Positions 8,678 to 16,380 of a stretch of DNA of 25,800 nucleotides are shown here, piece after piece. Within the stretch, counting starts at the first letter, position 1. Every line of letters begins with the position of its first letter. Source of the stretch: Chlamydiota bacterium (GTDB lineage Bacteria > Chlamydiota > Chlamydiia > Chlamydiales > SM23-39); the NCBI GenBank assembly GCA_039179045.1, contig JBCDEZ010000018.1:1-25800 (forward strand), given 5' to 3'. A model generated the notes under the pieces. The model did no database searches and was not told the DNA's origin. It was given only the letters and a program-made list of their open reading frames with translations. Both the position numbers and the translations under genes were made by a program.

Positions 8678-9177
8678 AAAACAACGGAAAAAGCCTACAA
8701 AAGCAGACGAGATTCTTCTAGAGCCACAGCATTTAGAGTAGCAACCTCGTAGAATGAAGATACCTCCGAAGAGCACTCTACTCGTTACAGAAAAAACTCT
8801 TGTACACACCGATCATATCTACGGAGAAAGAATCGGGAAAAGTGCGCTGCTTTTCCTCTATTTTTTCCTGCAAAAAATCCCTCGATCGTCCCGACAAGTT
8901 CTATATTTTGCTTCCCATCTTGTAAAGAAACGTCCATTCAATCCAGAGGAATTATTCTAACAACACTCGAATTGCAAAGTTGTTTATTGAATACGATCCG
9001 CTTCTCCACAAACGAAATATTCTCCAAAACAGCCACTACCTTGTAAGTCCTGATTGGGCTAGCCAGGCTCGGAAGACGAAACGTTTGTAAACCTAGAGTT
9101 ACTCTTATCAAGCGATCCTTGCAAAAATTCTATACCTGGGAAATACTTCCAGATAAATTCATATTTTCTACTCTTTT

Positions 9178-10989
9178 ATGCCTTTCAATCCCAAAGACCT
9201 CGCGCTTTACCCTGTAAAAAGCGGCGTATACCTCATGAAAGATTCGCAAGCGTGCGTCTTATACGTAGGAAAAGCAAACAATTTGCGCTCTAGAATTCGC
9301 CAGTATTTTAGGAAAAGCGGCGATACCCGTGCTATGATTCCCCATCTCATCGAAAAAGTAGATGCGATTGATGTAATCGTTGTACCCACAGAGCGCGAAG
9401 CTCTACTGTTGGAAAATACCCTCATCAAGAAACACCAACCGAAGTACAACGCTCTTTTGAAAGACGATAAACGGTATGTGAACATTGTCCTTTCAAAACA
9501 CGCATGGCCCCGTTTGAAGATCGAACGGCACCGGAAAAGAACAAAGGATTTCCGCAATACGTTCGGCCCTTATACCAATGCACGTGCAGCTAGAGAAGTG
9601 CTCGATATGATGAACCAGATCTTCGCACTTCGAGAATGTTCCGATCAGGAGCTAATCCGCAGAACACGCCCCTGCCTACTCCACGGCATCAAACGGTGCA
9701 TCGCTCCTTGTATGAGCTCTTGCAAAAAAGAGGAGTATACCCGCCTTGTCCAGTCGGTGCGAAAATTGCTACAAGGACGAGATACGACCATTTTAGAGTT
9801 GCTGCGCCAACAGATGCAAGATGCAGCCGAATGCCTTTTATTCGAAAAAGCAGCCTCGATTCGCGATATGATTGGAAAAATCGAGCACGTGCTCTCTAAA
9901 CAGCATGTGAACAACCGCGAAGCAAAGGAGTGTGATGTGTGGGGGATCTCTGAAAAAGAGGGGCAAGCGGTCCTTTCAAAACTTTTGTTCCGGGAGCACC
10001 AGCTCGTAGGGCTCGACCATTTTCATGCGCCTCACATGGTTGCAGATGCGCCCGAATTCCTAGAAACCTTTTTGCTTGAGCACTACCAAGAGATAGAAGC
10101 TCCAAAGGAGATTTTTCTCCCCTGCATGCTGCCACAGCAACAGGCCCTCGAAGAGTTGCTCATGAGTGGAGCGCAAAAAAACGTCTCCCTTTTCACACCT
10201 CAAAGAGGAGAGAAAAAAGCGCTGGTAGAAATGGCAGAAGAAAATGCCACAGCGCTCTTACAAAGAAAAGAACAAACCCAGGAGGACTTGGAACAGCTAC
10301 TTGTCCAGGTACAAGAAGCATTGCGCCTCGACCATCTCCCAAGAAGAATTGTCTGCTTCGATAGCTCAAGCATACAAGGAGCGCATCAAGTTGCTGCTGC
10401 TGTTGTTTTCATAGATGGGCAAAAAAAAGCCAAGGAGCAGCGTTTTTTCGCTATCAAGGATTCGGTGCAAGACGACTACGCCTCTTTGCAAGAAGCGCTC
10501 ACGCGCTACTTGGCGAGAAGCCTCTTGCCCGATCTTCTCATCATAGACGGAGGCAAGGGGCACCTTCGCGTGGCTACCGCAGTGTTAGAAAAAGCGAACA
10601 TCGTTGGTGTCGATGTCGTTGGCATCTCCAAAGAGGCCTCTTTGCACACCAAGGGGATGACTCGAGAAACTCTCCACTTCCCCTACCGTGAGACGATGCA
10701 ACTGCCGAAACGCTCCCCTGTTCTGTTCTTTTTGCAGAAAATTCGAGATGAGGCGCATCGAGTAGCAATTGGATTTCATCGAAAAAAACGGGCGCAAAAT
10801 CTGACAAAAAGTCAGTTAGATCGGGTACCTGGTATTGGACCGAAAAAACGCACCTTTCTGTTGAAAACATACGGGTCAGTCAAAAGGATTCGGGAAGAGC
10901 TAAGTAAAGATCCGAAGACATTTGCAAAAAAACACCCGATGATCACCGAAAAAGACGTACAAGCACTCGACAGATTTTTCTCTACGTGA
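9178..10989 (+). CDS. uvrC: Excinuclease ABC subunit C
   Basis: GIY-YIG domain (SGVYLM...LYVGKANNLRSRIRQYF), Cys cluster (EC...PCL...CIAPC), UVR domain (LFEKAASIRD), RNase H-like domain (CFDSS, DDY, IIDGGKGH, IRDEAHR) and HhH motif (VPGIGPKK). Confidence 0.98.
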   Translation: MPFNPKDLALYPVKSGVYLMKDSQACVLYVGKANNLRSRIRQYFRKSGDTRAMIPHLIEKVDAIDVIVVPTEREALLLENTLIKKHQPKYNALLKDDKRYVNIVLSKHAWPRLKIERHRKRTKDFRNTFGPYTNARAAREVLDMMNQIFALRECSDQELIRRTRPCLLHGIKRCIAPCMSSCKKEEYTRLVQSVRKLLQGRDTTILELLRQQMQDAAECLLFEKAASIRDMIGKIEHVLSKQHVNNREAKECDVWGISEKEGQAVLSKLLFREHQLVGLDHFHAPHMVADAPEFLETFLLEHYQEIEAPKEIFLPCMLPQQQALEELLMSGAQKNVSLFTPQRGEKKALVEMAEENATALLQRKEQTQEDLEQLLVQVQEALRLDHLPRRIVCFDSSSIQGAHQVAAAVVFIDGQKKAKEQRFFAIKDSVQDDYASLQEALTRYLARSLLPDLLIIDGGKGHLRVATAVLEKANIVGVDVVGISKEASLHTKGMTRETLHFPYRETMQLPKRSPVLFFLQKIRDEAHRVAIGFHRKKRAQNLTKSQLDRVPGIGPKKRTFLLKTYGSVKRIREELSKDPKTFAKKHPMITEKDVQALDRFFST

Positions 10990-11482
10990 TCTGCATCGTG
11001 ATGTAAAACCTTTGGTGGTAGTCAAGGAAGCTAGCGAGAATCTTACCCAGACCGCATTCAGAACGCTCTAGAAACTGCTTGCGACTTTCAGGATCGACCT
11101 TTCTCAATTGAACAGCAATCTCGAGGATATTGTCAGGAAGTATGTAGATCTCAAAAGAGTGCACCTCTTCAGGAAATTCCTCTTTCCAAAACTGCTCTAC
11201 ATACTTGTAGATCACATCCCGATCGATATCGACAGAATGGGGAGCCATCAAAAAGCGGATCTGCTTTTTGTACGAGAACACAAAAAGCATGCTAAAAGCT
11301 AGCAAGAAAAGAAAAAAAGCGCTATAGAGGCTGTAGCCGGGCCCTTCAAAAAGCAACCGGGAACAAAAGTAGCGGAACTTGGGAGACAAGCGAACCGCTA
11401 TCAGAGTGCATCCCTGCAAAGAGAGTAGGAAAAAACAAGAAACCTGCACCAAGGAGGCATAGAGTTCTTTAAAGCGCACCAC
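10982..11482 (-). CDS. Two-TM membrane protein, AmaP-like (Asp23 membrane anchor)
   Basis: GTG start directly abuts the asp23 stop (0-nt gap). Two N-terminal hydrophobic helices followed by a small alpha/beta domain (VDIDRDVIYKYV...LEIAVQL). The family call rests on this architecture plus adjacency to asp23. Confidence 0.65.
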   Translation of the reverse strand: MVRFKELYASLVQVSCFFLLSLQGCTLIAVRLSPKFRYFCSRLLFEGPGYSLYSAFFLFLLAFSMLFVFSYKKQIRFLMAPHSVDIDRDVIYKYVEQFWKEEFPEEVHSFEIYILPDNILEIAVQLRKVDPESRKQFLERSECGLGKILASFLDYHQRFYITMQIT

Positions 11483-11938
11483 TCAAAACTCCTCTCCGTA
11501 CTCTTTTTCGATATCCAAGCCAGAAGAAGATGTGGGACTGCTCGAAGAGGGGTGTGCGCTCTGCGGAATCAAACTTTTGAAAATCACGTGGACAGAGGCG
11601 ACGTGCAGCCCAGTGAGCGTCGTAATTTCTTTGACGATTTTCGTTTGAATTTCTTCTGCTTTTTTGGGAATGGAAAGACCATATCCAATATTGATCTCAA
11701 TGCGCACGCATACGGAATGCTTTTTTGAATCTTGCTCTACATAAATTCCTTTGACGCGATCAAACTCTCGTCCCAAAAGGGAATCGATCAAATTATTTTC
11801 CAACAGACTAATGCCTTCAATTTTTGCAAGACACTGCAAGGTGATCGCCTGGAAAACCTTGCTGTCGATATCCCGAACGAACATCGTTTCGGGAAGGTCT
11901 AACCCTTTTGGATTCATTTCTTTCAATGTATCGTACAT
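11483..11938 (-). CDS. Asp23/Gls24 family envelope stress response protein
   Basis: IDSKVFQAI...KIEGI...KGIYVE...IEINIGYGLSIPKKAEEIQTKIVKEITTLTGLHVASVHVIF matches the Asp23 (DUF322) pattern; Ser-rich acidic tail. Confidence 0.92.
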   Translation of the reverse strand: MYDTLKEMNPKGLDLPETMFVRDIDSKVFQAITLQCLAKIEGISLLENNLIDSLLGREFDRVKGIYVEQDSKKHSVCVRIEINIGYGLSIPKKAEEIQTKIVKEITTLTGLHVASVHVIFKSLIPQSAHPSSSSPTSSSGLDIEKEYGEEF

Positions 11939-11947
11939 AAAAATGCC

Positions 11948-11976
11948 TTCAAAAATTCCACATTTATCTATATAAT
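11948..11976 (+). promoter_or_regulatory. Putative sigma70/sigma66 promoter for the GYF_2 gene
   Basis: TTCAAA (11948-11953), 17-nt spacer, TATAAT (11971-11976). Confidence 0.5.
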
Positions 11977-12024
11977 ATCATGTAGATCGGGACAACCCAA
12001 AGCCATTTTTTAGAAAAATTCTCT

Positions 12025-12399
12025 ATGACAACAGATGAACTCATTGGATTAGTTCTCCTCTTGATGATTGCGACGGGAACAGCGCATAGTGCTGCCAAAC
12101 GAGGGTTAAATTGGCAGGTTTGGTTCTTTTTAACCATGCTTTTTGGGCCAGTCGCAACTTTGGTCCTCAATTGCCGGAAGAAATGGAGGAAAAGAAAGGA
12201 GCGGCCTGTAAAAAAAATTCCCCACGCGCTTTGGTTTTATCTCGATGAAGTAAAAAAGCAATCAGGACCGGTAAGTTCAAAAAAACTTCGTGAAATGATT
12301 CTAGAGAAAAGACTAGGGAACCACTCGTATGTTTGGAAGGAAGGGATGGAGGAGTGGAAAAAGATTCAAGACACTCCTCTAAAAGTTTTGGACGACTAA
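12025..12399 (+). CDS. Membrane protein with C-terminal GYF_2 (DUF4339) domain
   Basis: Two TM segments linked by AAKRGLNWQVWF, then WFYLD..KQSGPVS..L..MI....L...SYVWKEGMEEWKKI, the GYF_2 signature. Confidence 0.88.
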   Translation: MTTDELIGLVLLLMIATGTAHSAAKRGLNWQVWFFLTMLFGPVATLVLNCRKKWRKRKERPVKKIPHALWFYLDEVKKQSGPVSSKKLREMILEKRLGNHSYVWKEGMEEWKKIQDTPLKVLDD

Positions 12400-12437
12400 G
12401 CTTATTTGATTGAATCAAAAAGACACTATTGGAATCC

Positions 12438-12743
12438 TTACCAAGATGCCTTGGTCATACCAGGAATGTATCCATTGAGAGCCAGCTCTCGGAAGCAGAG
12501 GCGCGATAACTTGAACTTGCCCATATACCCCCGACTTCTTCCTGTCATCAAGCAGCGATTGCGCAGGCGGACATACGAGGAATTTTTCGGCATCTTATTG
12601 AGCCTGATCATAGCAGCGTGACGCTCTTCATCGGTTCTTTCGGGATCGATGATGATCTTCTTGAGTTCCTTACGCCTTTCCCAGCGATCGTTGACCATCT
12701 TTTCTCTTTTTTTCTGTTTTGCGATTGATGATTTTCTTGCCAT
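12438..12743 (-). CDS. rpsN: 30S ribosomal protein uS14 (long, Zn-independent type)
   Basis: MARKSSIAK...[51 protein letters not shown]; 101 aa. Confidence 0.98.
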   Translation of the reverse strand: MARKSSIAKQKKREKMVNDRWERRKELKKIIIDPERTDEERHAAMIRLNKMPKNSSYVRLRNRCLMTGRSRGYMGKFKLSRLCFRELALNGYIPGMTKASW

Positions 12744-12761
12744 ACTATGTCCTGTCTTAAT

Positions 12762-12899
12762 TCATTTCTTCAAAGCAGGCCCTTTTTGCCGCTGTTTGCG
12801 GTTGGGATCTGCTTTATTGATCACGTAGAGCCTGCCTCGGCGGCGTACAATTTTATCCCCTTTAGAGGGGTCTGCCCGCACAGATGATTTAAATTTCAT
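12762..12899 (-). CDS. rpmJ: 50S ribosomal protein bL36 (Cys-free, chlamydial type)
   Basis: Hand translation: [45 protein letters not shown] (45 aa); not in the ORF track. Confidence 0.96.
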   Translation of the reverse strand: MKFKSSVRADPSKGDKIVRRRGRLYVINKADPNRKQRQKGPALKK

Positions 12900-12939
12900 A
12901 AACCTTTTTTCCTAAATTTGTTCAAAAACTCAGAGTTCA

Positions 12940-12968
12940 TTTATACCCTTTTCCCCTTTTCGAAGCAA
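12940..12968 (-). promoter_or_regulatory. Putative promoter for rpmJ-rpsN
   Basis: Minus strand reads TTGCTT (12968-12963), 17-nt spacer, TATAAA (12945-12940). Confidence 0.5.
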
Positions 12969-12977
12969 TCTTTTCCC

Positions 12978-13007
12978 TTGAGTTTTTTTTCTCTTTTTTG
13001 CTACCTT
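12978..13007 (+). promoter_or_regulatory. Putative promoter for rpmH-rnpA-helicase
   Basis: TTGAGT (12978-12983), 18-nt spacer ending in TGc, TACCTT (13002-13007); back to back with the rpmJ promoter. Confidence 0.35.
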
Positions 13008-13033
13008 ACTAGTGAGTATTTATAAGGTAATTC

Positions 13034-13168
13034 ATGAAAAGAACGTACCAACCAAGCAACCGTCGCCGGAAAAAAACCCACGGATTTCGCACTAGGATGC
13101 GCACCGCTTCGGGCAGAAAAATTCTACAAAGAAGAAGGCAAAAAGGACGAAAGTCTCTTGCTGCCTAG
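13034..13168 (+). CDS. rpmH: 50S ribosomal protein bL34
   Basis: Hand translation: [44 protein letters not shown] (44 aa); TAAGGT Shine-Dalgarno-like sequence upstream; not in the ORF track. Confidence 0.97.
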   Translation: MKRTYQPSNRRRKKTHGFRTRMRTASGRKILQRRRQKGRKSLAA

Positions 13169-13487
13169 CCATCTGCGCTTTAGAAAACGGTCTGAATACC
13201 GCCATTTTTCTAAACATTCTTTTAGAAAAGAGGGATCTTTCTTTTTCCTCCACATGCGACTTATAGGCACTTCCCATTCGAAATTGGGCATTACCGTTTC
13301 GAAAAAATTTGGAAACGCCCCTGAAAGGAATCGCTTCAAACGGATAGCAAGAGCTGCTTTCCTTGCAAATTACCCCTCTTTGCCTAGAGCTCTTTTCCAT
13401 ATCATTCCCAAACAAAGAGCAAAATTGGCGAAAATGGGAGATATCGCACAAGAACTTTGTCACCTGAGCAATGCAACTCAATCCTGA
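13158..13487 (+). CDS. rnpA: Ribonuclease P protein component
   Basis: [26 protein letters not shown] (RNR motif); TTG start overlaps the rpmH stop, the canonical rpmH-rnpA arrangement. Confidence 0.95.
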   Translation: MLPSHLRFRKRSEYRHFSKHSFRKEGSFFFLHMRLIGTSHSKLGITVSKKFGNAPERNRFKRIARAAFLANYPSLPRALFHIIPKQRAKLAKMGDIAQELCHLSNATQS

Positions 13488-15366
13488 ACAAGAAAAAGCG
13501 GTCCGTGCCGTGCAAGGAAGAATTCTTGTTCTCGCAGGAGCAGGATCGGGTAAGACGCGAGTCATCATCCAAAGAATCCTCTATATGGTCGCAGAGCTAA
13601 AGATTGATCCCTCTTCGATTTTAGGCCTCACCTTCACAAACAAAGCCGCAAAAGAGATGCAATCACGCCTCAAAAAAGAATTGGGAAAGCGTGCAGAAAA
13701 GGTTCTTTTGACTACTTTCCATAGTTTTTGCGTTCGCATTTTGCGCCAAGAAATTCATCACCTCGGCTACACAAAACAGTTCAGCCTCTACGATGAGAAA
13801 GACATGCAGCGCCTCTTGAAGGTTCTAGCCCGCGAGTTCGTAGATGAGAAAACAGAATCGCTCACAGCCTTTGTGCGCGAAGTGCTTGAAGTGCGGATGA
13901 AAAACCAAGAAGAGAGCAACGATCCTAGGATTGCTCAGGTGCTAGCAAGACTGCACTCTGCACTGCGTACTTACAATGCGGTCGATTTCGACCATTTACT
14001 GACCGTTACCTGCGAGCTATTCGAACAATATCCCGCAGTTTTGAAAAAGTATCAAGATCAGTTTCGCTACATTTCTATCGATGAATACCAAGATACGAAT
14101 CCAGTCCAATTCCGTCTCGCAGAGCTTTTGGCCAAGGATAATCTATTCGTAGTGGGCGATGATGACCAGTCGATCTACGGATTTCGGGGAGCGCAGATGC
14201 AAAATATTTTACGCTTTACGAAAGACCAGATGATCAAAATGGAGCAAAATTACCGTTCCATTCCCAGTATTTTAGAGGCTGCAAACCATGTGATTCGCGA
14301 AAATCAACATCGGTATGCAAAACAACTCTGGTGCGATAAAAAAAATACGTCAAAGGTCTCGATTTTTCATGCCCCAACTGATGAGGCGGAAGCAAAAGCA
14401 GTCGTAGAGCGCTTGCTTGGCTTGGTGACAAATCGGGGATTTGCTTTCGAAGAGATTGCGATTTTGTACCGATCGAACATCCTTGCAAGAACCATCGAAA
14501 ATGCCCTACTTTCTGCTGCTTATTGGCATGAGGGGAATCTGGTTAAGGGGATTCCCTACGAAATATTTGGAGGCCTCTCTCTCGCTGAAAGAGCGGAGAT
14601 CAAGGACCTCAGCGCTTATTTGAAAGTGCTCTTGAATCCTCTCGACCAAGAGTCTTGGATCCGGATCATCAATGTACCAAGAAGGGGCATCTCAGATCAG
14701 ACCTTAGAAAAGGTCACGAAAAAAGCCCGCTCTACGAAAACTCCTTTATACCACATACTCGAAAATCCTCACGAAGTGGAGATACCCGAGAAAGCAAAGC
14801 GGTCGATTGCTACATTTCTCACACTACTAGATGAGACAAGAGAGGCTCTCAAAACGCCTCCCTACGCCATCACTATACGGCAATTCCTCGAGCAAATCTC
14901 CTACAAAAAAGCCATTGAAGAAGATGTAAAAAGCGAGAAAATGCGCCGTTTCAAGTGGGAAAATGTGGAAAATTTCCTCGGAAAGCTCGAAGAATTTGAA
15001 AAGGAATTTCCCGATGCTCCTTTGGAAGACTTTGTTTCTTCGTGTTCTTTAACCAGAATGCCCCACCGGCGCCAGCTGGATGAGAATACGGTAAAGCTCA
15101 TGACGTTTCATGGAGCAAAGGGGTTGGAGTTTCGCGCTTGTTTTTTGGTGAGCTTAGTAGAGGGCGTTGTACCCCATGAGAAAAATCCAGACATTGAAGA
15201 AGAAAGGCGCTTGTTTCACGTAGGAATTACAAGGGCTCGGGAATACCTTTGCCTGAGCATGCCGCAAAAGCGGAAGAAATTCGGTAAAGAAGTAGCGAGC
15301 AATCCCTCGCAATTCCTCTTTTCGATTCCCAAGTCTTGCTTGCAGGTCGAATCATTCCAGCGCTGA
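13471..15366 (+). CDS. SF1A 3'-5' DNA helicase, UvrD/Rep/PcrA family (Rep-like, no C-terminal Tudor extension evident)
   Basis: LNPEQ, LAGAGSGKT, TFTNKAAKEM, TFHSF, IDEYQDTN, VGDDDQSIYGFRGA, EQNYRS, LMTFHGAKGLEF, EEERRLFHVGITRA; the protein ends shortly after the PSQFL motif; 631 aa. Confidence 0.95.
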   Translation: MQLNPEQEKAVRAVQGRILVLAGAGSGKTRVIIQRILYMVAELKIDPSSILGLTFTNKAAKEMQSRLKKELGKRAEKVLLTTFHSFCVRILRQEIHHLGYTKQFSLYDEKDMQRLLKVLAREFVDEKTESLTAFVREVLEVRMKNQEESNDPRIAQVLARLHSALRTYNAVDFDHLLTVTCELFEQYPAVLKKYQDQFRYISIDEYQDTNPVQFRLAELLAKDNLFVVGDDDQSIYGFRGAQMQNILRFTKDQMIKMEQNYRSIPSILEAANHVIRENQHRYAKQLWCDKKNTSKVSIFHAPTDEAEAKAVVERLLGLVTNRGFAFEEIAILYRSNILARTIENALLSAAYWHEGNLVKGIPYEIFGGLSLAERAEIKDLSAYLKVLLNPLDQESWIRIINVPRRGISDQTLEKVTKKARSTKTPLYHILENPHEVEIPEKAKRSIATFLTLLDETREALKTPPYAITIRQFLEQISYKKAIEEDVKSEKMRRFKWENVENFLGKLEEFEKEFPDAPLEDFVSSCSLTRMPHRRQLDENTVKLMTFHGAKGLEFRACFLVSLVEGVVPHEKNPDIEEERRLFHVGITRAREYLCLSMPQKRKKFGKEVASNPSQFLFSIPKSCLQVESFQR

Positions 15367-15484
15367 TTGAACAAATAACCTACGTTTCGTCTTTTCAATC
15401 CACAGATCCACTCAAGAGAGATCAAAAAATCCTAGACGTAGCTTATCCTGGAAAACCGATACGCTGCATACACCTGTATAGCAT

Positions 15485-15513
15485 AAAAAAACCTTCAGTA
15501 TCTCGACTGAAGG
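15485..15513 (-). terminator. Rho-independent terminator for the minus-strand permease-dsbA-dsbB-holin-like cluster
   Basis: Perfect 8-bp stem CCTTCAGT (15492-15499) / ACTGAAGG (15506-15513) with a 6-nt loop, followed on the minus strand by T7 (A-run at 15485-15491). Confidence 0.8.
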
Positions 15514-15648
15514 CAGCCAATTCTTGCTGATGAAAAACCCGAAACGCAGATAAATTGGTAAGGTAGAAGTAGGGAGAGAAGCGCAAGAAAAGGCAGGCGC
15601 GGGAAGAGAGTACTACTTTCCCAAAGCGCCCACGAGTTCCAACAGGAA

Positions 15649-15909
15649 CTACTCTGGATTGTTTTTCCCCAAGCAGTAATTGTAACAAGAACCGATCAAA
15701 AACCCGTAAACAGCGCCTCCGCCAAAGCCCCATATACCTCCGATAATCGCACCCACAATTCCTGGACGGTAACCGATATAAATGGAGGACATCACGTCCA
15801 CAAAATCGGTACCCCAATCAATCATAGAAGTGATCCCAAAAATGATACAGGCCACCGACCAACCAAAGCCTACAGCAAGCATCAGACATTTCACGTCAAT
15901 TCGCATCAT
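15649..15909 (-). CDS. Small Gly-rich membrane protein resembling the family annotated 'bacteriophage holin'
   Basis: IDVKCLMLAVGFGW...WGTDFVDVMSSIYIGYRPGIVGAIIGGIWGF..GAVYGFLIGSCYNY resembles the SxYxGY...G.L.G..WGF.DG...W.YN family as I recall it. Start at ATG 15909 has GAGG 6 nt upstream; ATGs at 15921 and 15906 are alternatives. Confidence 0.75.
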   Translation of the reverse strand: MMRIDVKCLMLAVGFGWSVACIIFGITSMIDWGTDFVDVMSSIYIGYRPGIVGAIIGGIWGFGGGAVYGFLIGSCYNYCLGKNNPE

Positions 15910-15966
15910 TATTTTCCTCATACTTTTTCTGATTTTTCCCCACTGTATAGAAAAGATTCTTTTAGC

Positions 15967-16380
15967 TTAAGATTTTTCCTGCCTTTCAGAAAAGCGAGCT
16001 AAAAGCAGTAAGGATAAAATCGTGAGAAAACAGAGCAGGCTCAAAAATGCGAAGGGAATATTCCAAAATGCCTCTTTAGAAATACATCCCCGCTCTTTGC
16101 CACAAAAAACTTGCTCTCCGGGAAGATAGTCTTGCAAGAGTTGGTAGAGGGCAAAACATATACCGAAGCCCATTTGATAGACTACGTATTGCCAGATCTC
16201 TCCCGAATTTTTGTAGACCGCAACAGCCAATATACCGGAAAGAGGGAACAGACAGATCCGTTGATACCAGCACAAAGGACATGGCGGCCGTCCAGAAGCC
16301 TCTCCGAAGAAAAGGCTTCCCAATGTTCCAAAAATTGCCACAAGCCAAGCGAGATAGAGAAGCACTGTTTTACTGCGCAC
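15967..16380 (-). CDS. dsbB: Disulfide bond formation protein B (short BdbC/chlamydial type)
   Basis: LAWLVAIFGTLGSLFFGE...PCPLCWYQRICLFPL...YQ...FCGKERGC, four TM segments. The real start is GTG 16380 with GGGAG upstream, overlapping the dsbA stop by 11 nt; the ORF-track extension to 16710 is not used. Confidence 0.92.
   Translation of the reverse strand: MRSKTVLLYLAWLVAIFGTLGSLFFGEASGRPPCPLCWYQRICLFPLSGILAVAVYKNSGEIWQYVVYQMGFGICFALYQLLQDYLPGEQVFCGKERGCISKEAFWNIPFAFLSLLCFLTILSLLLLARFSERQEKS

Noticed and set aside
9040..9095. CAGGCTCGGAAGACGAAAC resembling SRP RNA helix 8 or a hammerhead core
   Set aside because: Lacks the AGCAG 3' strand and long flanking stem of SRP RNA; CTGATTG does not match the hammerhead CUGANGA.
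8598..9177. Possible T-box riboswitch upstream of GlyRS, and the 68-aa ORF at 8754-8960
   Set aside because: No T-box consensus or leader terminator on the minus strand, and the predicted promoter leaves only a short leader. The ORF has no recognisable features.
11400..11482. Lipobox-like LQGC in the AmaP-like protein
   Set aside because: Non-canonical, and the hydrophobic segment continues past the Cys with a second TM segment after it; a two-TM anchor fits better.
15527..15570. CTGATGA...CGAAAC hammerhead-like words
   Set aside because: No stem II between the core motifs and no convincing stem I.
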